From positions 62,001-125,074 of IMG/VR virus record IMGVR_UViG_3300026493_000141: a stretch of DNA of 63,074 bases, one strand, 5' to 3'. Of this stretch, positions 60,440-63,074 are shown one piece after another. Both the position numbers and the translations under genes were made by a program. The stretch comes from an uncultured virus (IMG/VR IMGVR_UViG_3300026493_000141) (taxonomy: Duplodnaviria > Heunggongvirae > Uroviricota > Caudoviricetes). The notes below the pieces were generated by a model. That model was not told the DNA's origin. It saw only the letters and a program-made list of their open reading frames with translations, and ran no database searches. How positions within the stretch are numbered: position 1 is the first letter of the stretch; every line of letters begins with the position of its first letter.

Positions 60440-61314
60440 TACTTACCTCTCCTAACTCTATATACTCTAGCTTTACGAATTCGGTTTCCGTATTTATCCT
60501 CAACGAAAGCTTTTCCTTTCTTTGCTGGTTTCTCTCCGATTCCACTCTTATTGAATACATGCTTATCATATATTCCTACTTCTTTTTCCTTTTGTTTCTT
60601 TGCTAGAATCTTACGAGTTTCTTTAGCGTTTTTCTTTCTTGCTTCCATAAGCTCTTTAAAACTCATATCCTCAACTTTTTTCTTCTTATGCTTCTTCTTA
60701 CCTTTCTTTTCTTTATCATTTTTTAATCTAGTAGCTCGACCCATTCGGTCATAGCAATAACGTTTCTCTTTCTTATCTTTCTTCTTAGATTTCTTTTTCT
60801 TCTTTGGTGTATCCATTTCTACATCTTCACCAAAGATATATTCTTTATATTTTTTCGCATCTTTAAATAGCTTTTGGACATTATCATCTTCCATTTCTCC
60901 AGCAATATCATCCAGTCTACCGAATTTCTTTTTATATGTTTTGTATCCCATATATGCGATACCATAACGTCTTTCTAAATAGTCTGCTAAGAATCCTAAA
61001 TATAGATATTGCATTTCTTCAGCAGAGCATACTAAAGCTAACACACGATTCTGTTGATAGCTTAATCCTAAGGCAACAAATGATGCCATAATAGAATCAG
61101 TATTTTTAATATCTTTTACATATTCTTTATAATATTTATCGGCATTAATATTGCCTCCTGCAAATGCACCGAATAATTGCTCCGATGGTATTAAGCCTTT
61201 TGATAGTGTCAAGCAAGTTTTATCAAATGGTCGTACTTGCTGACTTACAATAATTTTAAATACATTCTTGAACGCCTTCTTTTGGGCTTGTTCTTCCGTT
61301 AATAGTAGTATCAT
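60439..61314 (-). CDS. Hypothetical protein with Lys-rich C-terminal half
   Basis: N-terminal domain resembles 59969; very basic tail. Confidence 0.65.
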   Translation of the reverse strand: MILLLTEEQAQKKAFKNVFKIIVSQQVRPFDKTCLTLSKGLIPSEQLFGAFAGGNINADKYYKEYVKDIKNTDSIMASFVALGLSYQQNRVLALVCSAEEMQYLYLGFLADYLERRYGIAYMGYKTYKKKFGRLDDIAGEMEDDNVQKLFKDAKKYKEYIFGEDVEMDTPKKKKKSKKKDKKEKRYCYDRMGRATRLKNDKEKKGKKKHKKKKVEDMSFKELMEARKKNAKETRKILAKKQKEKEVGIYDKHVFNKSGIGEKPAKKGKAFVEDKYGNRIRKARVYRVRRGK

Positions 61315-61366
61315 ATTGATTCCTCCAATAATATAATTTATTTATCAATATGCTGTCGTAAGTATT

Positions 61367-61624
61367 TTAAAACTTCAATCTCGGTGGCAATCTTTCTGCC
61401 TTGACAGCTTGTGATGGTAATGAATGAGGTTGTCTCATATACTTCGTAAATGCTTTCGGTAATGGCTTTGTATCCACTACTGGGACTTTATATTCATCAG
61501 GATCATAGTCTTCACAGAATCCTATACATCCATTCTTATCAGGAATATAACCCCTTACATCAACTGGCTCATCTATTTCAGACATCACCTGTAAACAAGT
61601 TTTACAGTGAATAACTCTATTCAT
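61367..61624 (-). CDS. Small Cys-containing protein
   Basis: CKTC...CIGFC. Confidence 0.55.
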   Translation of the reverse strand: MNRVIHCKTCLQVMSEIDEPVDVRGYIPDKNGCIGFCEDYDPDEYKVPVVDTKPLPKAFTKYMRQPHSLPSQAVKAERLPPRLKF

Positions 61625-61905
61625 TACGCACCATACCTTTCCATTCTAGATTGTCGCTTTGCTTGCTCAATTCTTTTATCTTCTTCTTGTTTAGCAACAG
61701 AGAATAGCATATGGTAAATCAGGTACAGCATTGTATAAAAGAATACTGGTGCCTGAATACCCATATCTTGATCATTGATTGAATAGTACATTGAACTTCC
61801 AATACATACTGGAATAAGTCCTCCAACAAATGTAATTGCTTTCTTTGCTACTTTGCTCTTAATTTCGAAATCTAGAATCATCATTATTATTTCCCCGTTT
61901 CTCAT
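61624..61905 (-). CDS. Small two-TM membrane protein
   Basis: Two hydrophobic segments. Confidence 0.55.
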   Translation of the reverse strand: MRNGEIIMMILDFEIKSKVAKKAITFVGGLIPVCIGSSMYYSINDQDMGIQAPVFFYTMLYLIYHMLFSVAKQEEDKRIEQAKRQSRMERYGA

Positions 61906-61922
61906 AGTCTAATTTATATTTT

Positions 61923-62141
61923 TTATTTAACTTTATTATTTCTGTAGTGACTAATCATATCAATATATAGAACGACTAGTAGAATTGTATCGATTACAAT
62001 AATCTCTTTAATGCTGTATTCTACACTTATCAGCCATGATAGTAATTTACAAAAGATTATTGAACCACCTATAACACTCACTCCAGTTATTACTACATCA
62101 CTTAATATACGTAATGCTTTTTTCATATTTCTCTCTCCCAT
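61923..62141 (-). CDS. Small two-TM membrane protein
   Basis: Two hydrophobic segments; start is probably 62126. Confidence 0.55.
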   Translation of the reverse strand: MGERNMKKALRILSDVVITGVSVIGGSIIFCKLLSWLISVEYSIKEIIVIDTILLVVLYIDMISHYRNNKVK

Positions 62142-62204
62142 AAAAAATAATATATTATATACAAAAGTAAATCAGGAACACCCATTACGGATGTTCCCTA
62201 TTAT

Positions 62205-63011
62205 TTATCTAGACGTATTGAATCCCATGTCATCGTAATCTTCATCACGCTCATAGACTAACTGACTTGAGTCAACTCTTTCTAACTCAGGATAGTTATC
62301 AGGATTAACACCTGTCATATTAAATTCTCTTGTACTCTCACGACCTGGTGTTGCTGCAACATCTCCAATTGCAAACTCAGCATCACAGTGGGTACATACA
62401 AATTTGCTAAAGTCTTTATTGTATTTTAATGGTCCACCGCAACGTTTATGTTTCTTACCTGGGATACGTGCTTTACAGCTAAAGTCCATTTCTTCTGTAA
62501 TCGGAGTTAGGTAAGCGTAATCTAAGATTACAATCTCATTTGTCTCCGGTCTAATACCCCAGTTCTTAAACTCATTTGGTCCAACGTCATTTAAGATATA
62601 ACGAGAACCTACACGGTGTAAAATTTCACTTACCCCATTATAATAATTATCCATGTCACCACTCTTCATTGTGTACACGAACTCTGATGCAGAGATTGTA
62701 CCAATGTTATCATACATTACTGTAACGTATGGTTGTAGTTTAGGTGATAACACTTCTTCTAAATTGTTATCTACGATTCCTCTTTCATCTAATGCAATCT
62801 TGAATACGATAGAATCGTCATCCTCATGTTTTAATGTGATACGGTTTGTACCACATCCTATTTCTCTAAATCCATACTCATTTAGGTATTGCACAATAGC
62901 ATCTGCTCGTAAATTATTATCTGTAATAACTATATTGTGCTTCACGAACTTCGTGATGTAATCTAATACCATTGGATTGAAATATTGACCGATTGTTGAA
63001 TTTGTAAACAT
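62205..63011 (-). CDS. Protein-kinase-like fold protein with C-terminal Zn ribbon, early class
   Basis: IGCGTNR, VFKIA, NNLE, D....FKNWG, ILDYA; C...C...CTHC; early promoter at 63051-63068. Confidence 0.65.
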   Translation of the reverse strand: MFTNSTIGQYFNPMVLDYITKFVKHNIVITDNNLRADAIVQYLNEYGFREIGCGTNRITLKHEDDDSIVFKIALDERGIVDNNLEEVLSPKLQPYVTVMYDNIGTISASEFVYTMKSGDMDNYYNGVSEILHRVGSRYILNDVGPNEFKNWGIRPETNEIVILDYAYLTPITEEMDFSCKARIPGKKHKRCGGPLKYNKDFSKFVCTHCDAEFAIGDVAATPGRESTREFNMTGVNPDNYPELERVDSSQLVYERDEDYDDMGFNTSR

Positions 63012-63050
63012 AATAAAATTCCTCCTAGTGTTGTATAAAGTTTTATTTTC

Positions 63051-63068
63051 TCACCTATATAATGTATA
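63051..63068 (-). promoter_or_regulatory. Early-type phage promoter
   Basis: TATACATTATATAGGTGA. Confidence 0.75.
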
Positions 63069-63074
63069 CTTAAA

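Noticed and set aside
496..62961. Short opposite-strand ORFs inside long genes (e.g. 496-852, 10452-10754, 51625-51969, 62653-62961)
   Set aside because: Antisense to well-supported genes, with no RBS or recognisable motifs.

Overview
AT-rich 63-kb segment of a phiKZ-related (AR9/PBS1-like) jumbo myophage, most likely infecting a Bacillota host given the AGGAGG ribosome-binding sites. It encodes three split multisubunit RNA polymerase pieces, GyrA/GyrB, DnaB-like and RecD/Dda-like helicases, SbcD and PD-(D/E)XK nucleases, a terminase-like N-terminus, PPK1, a macrodomain, a kinase-like protein and a late structural/tail module. Two promoter classes are readable: an early-type TAYATTAT-N4-GTG(A) motif on the minus strand and the AR9-type late motif AACA-N6-TA. 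Two loci stand out. (1) A 1.35-kb ORF-free region (36280-37620) resolves into five tandem late-promoter/terminator units, predicted non-coding RNAs, carrying 11 copies of AGA(C/T)TA(T/C)GC; one unit is a ~720-nt multi-hairpin RNA with a repeated stem-motif module. (2) A radical SAM/SPASM maturase cassette sits in the tail module with a 480-aa substrate carrying about 90 Cxxx repeats. All protein calls come from motif recognition, not database searches.
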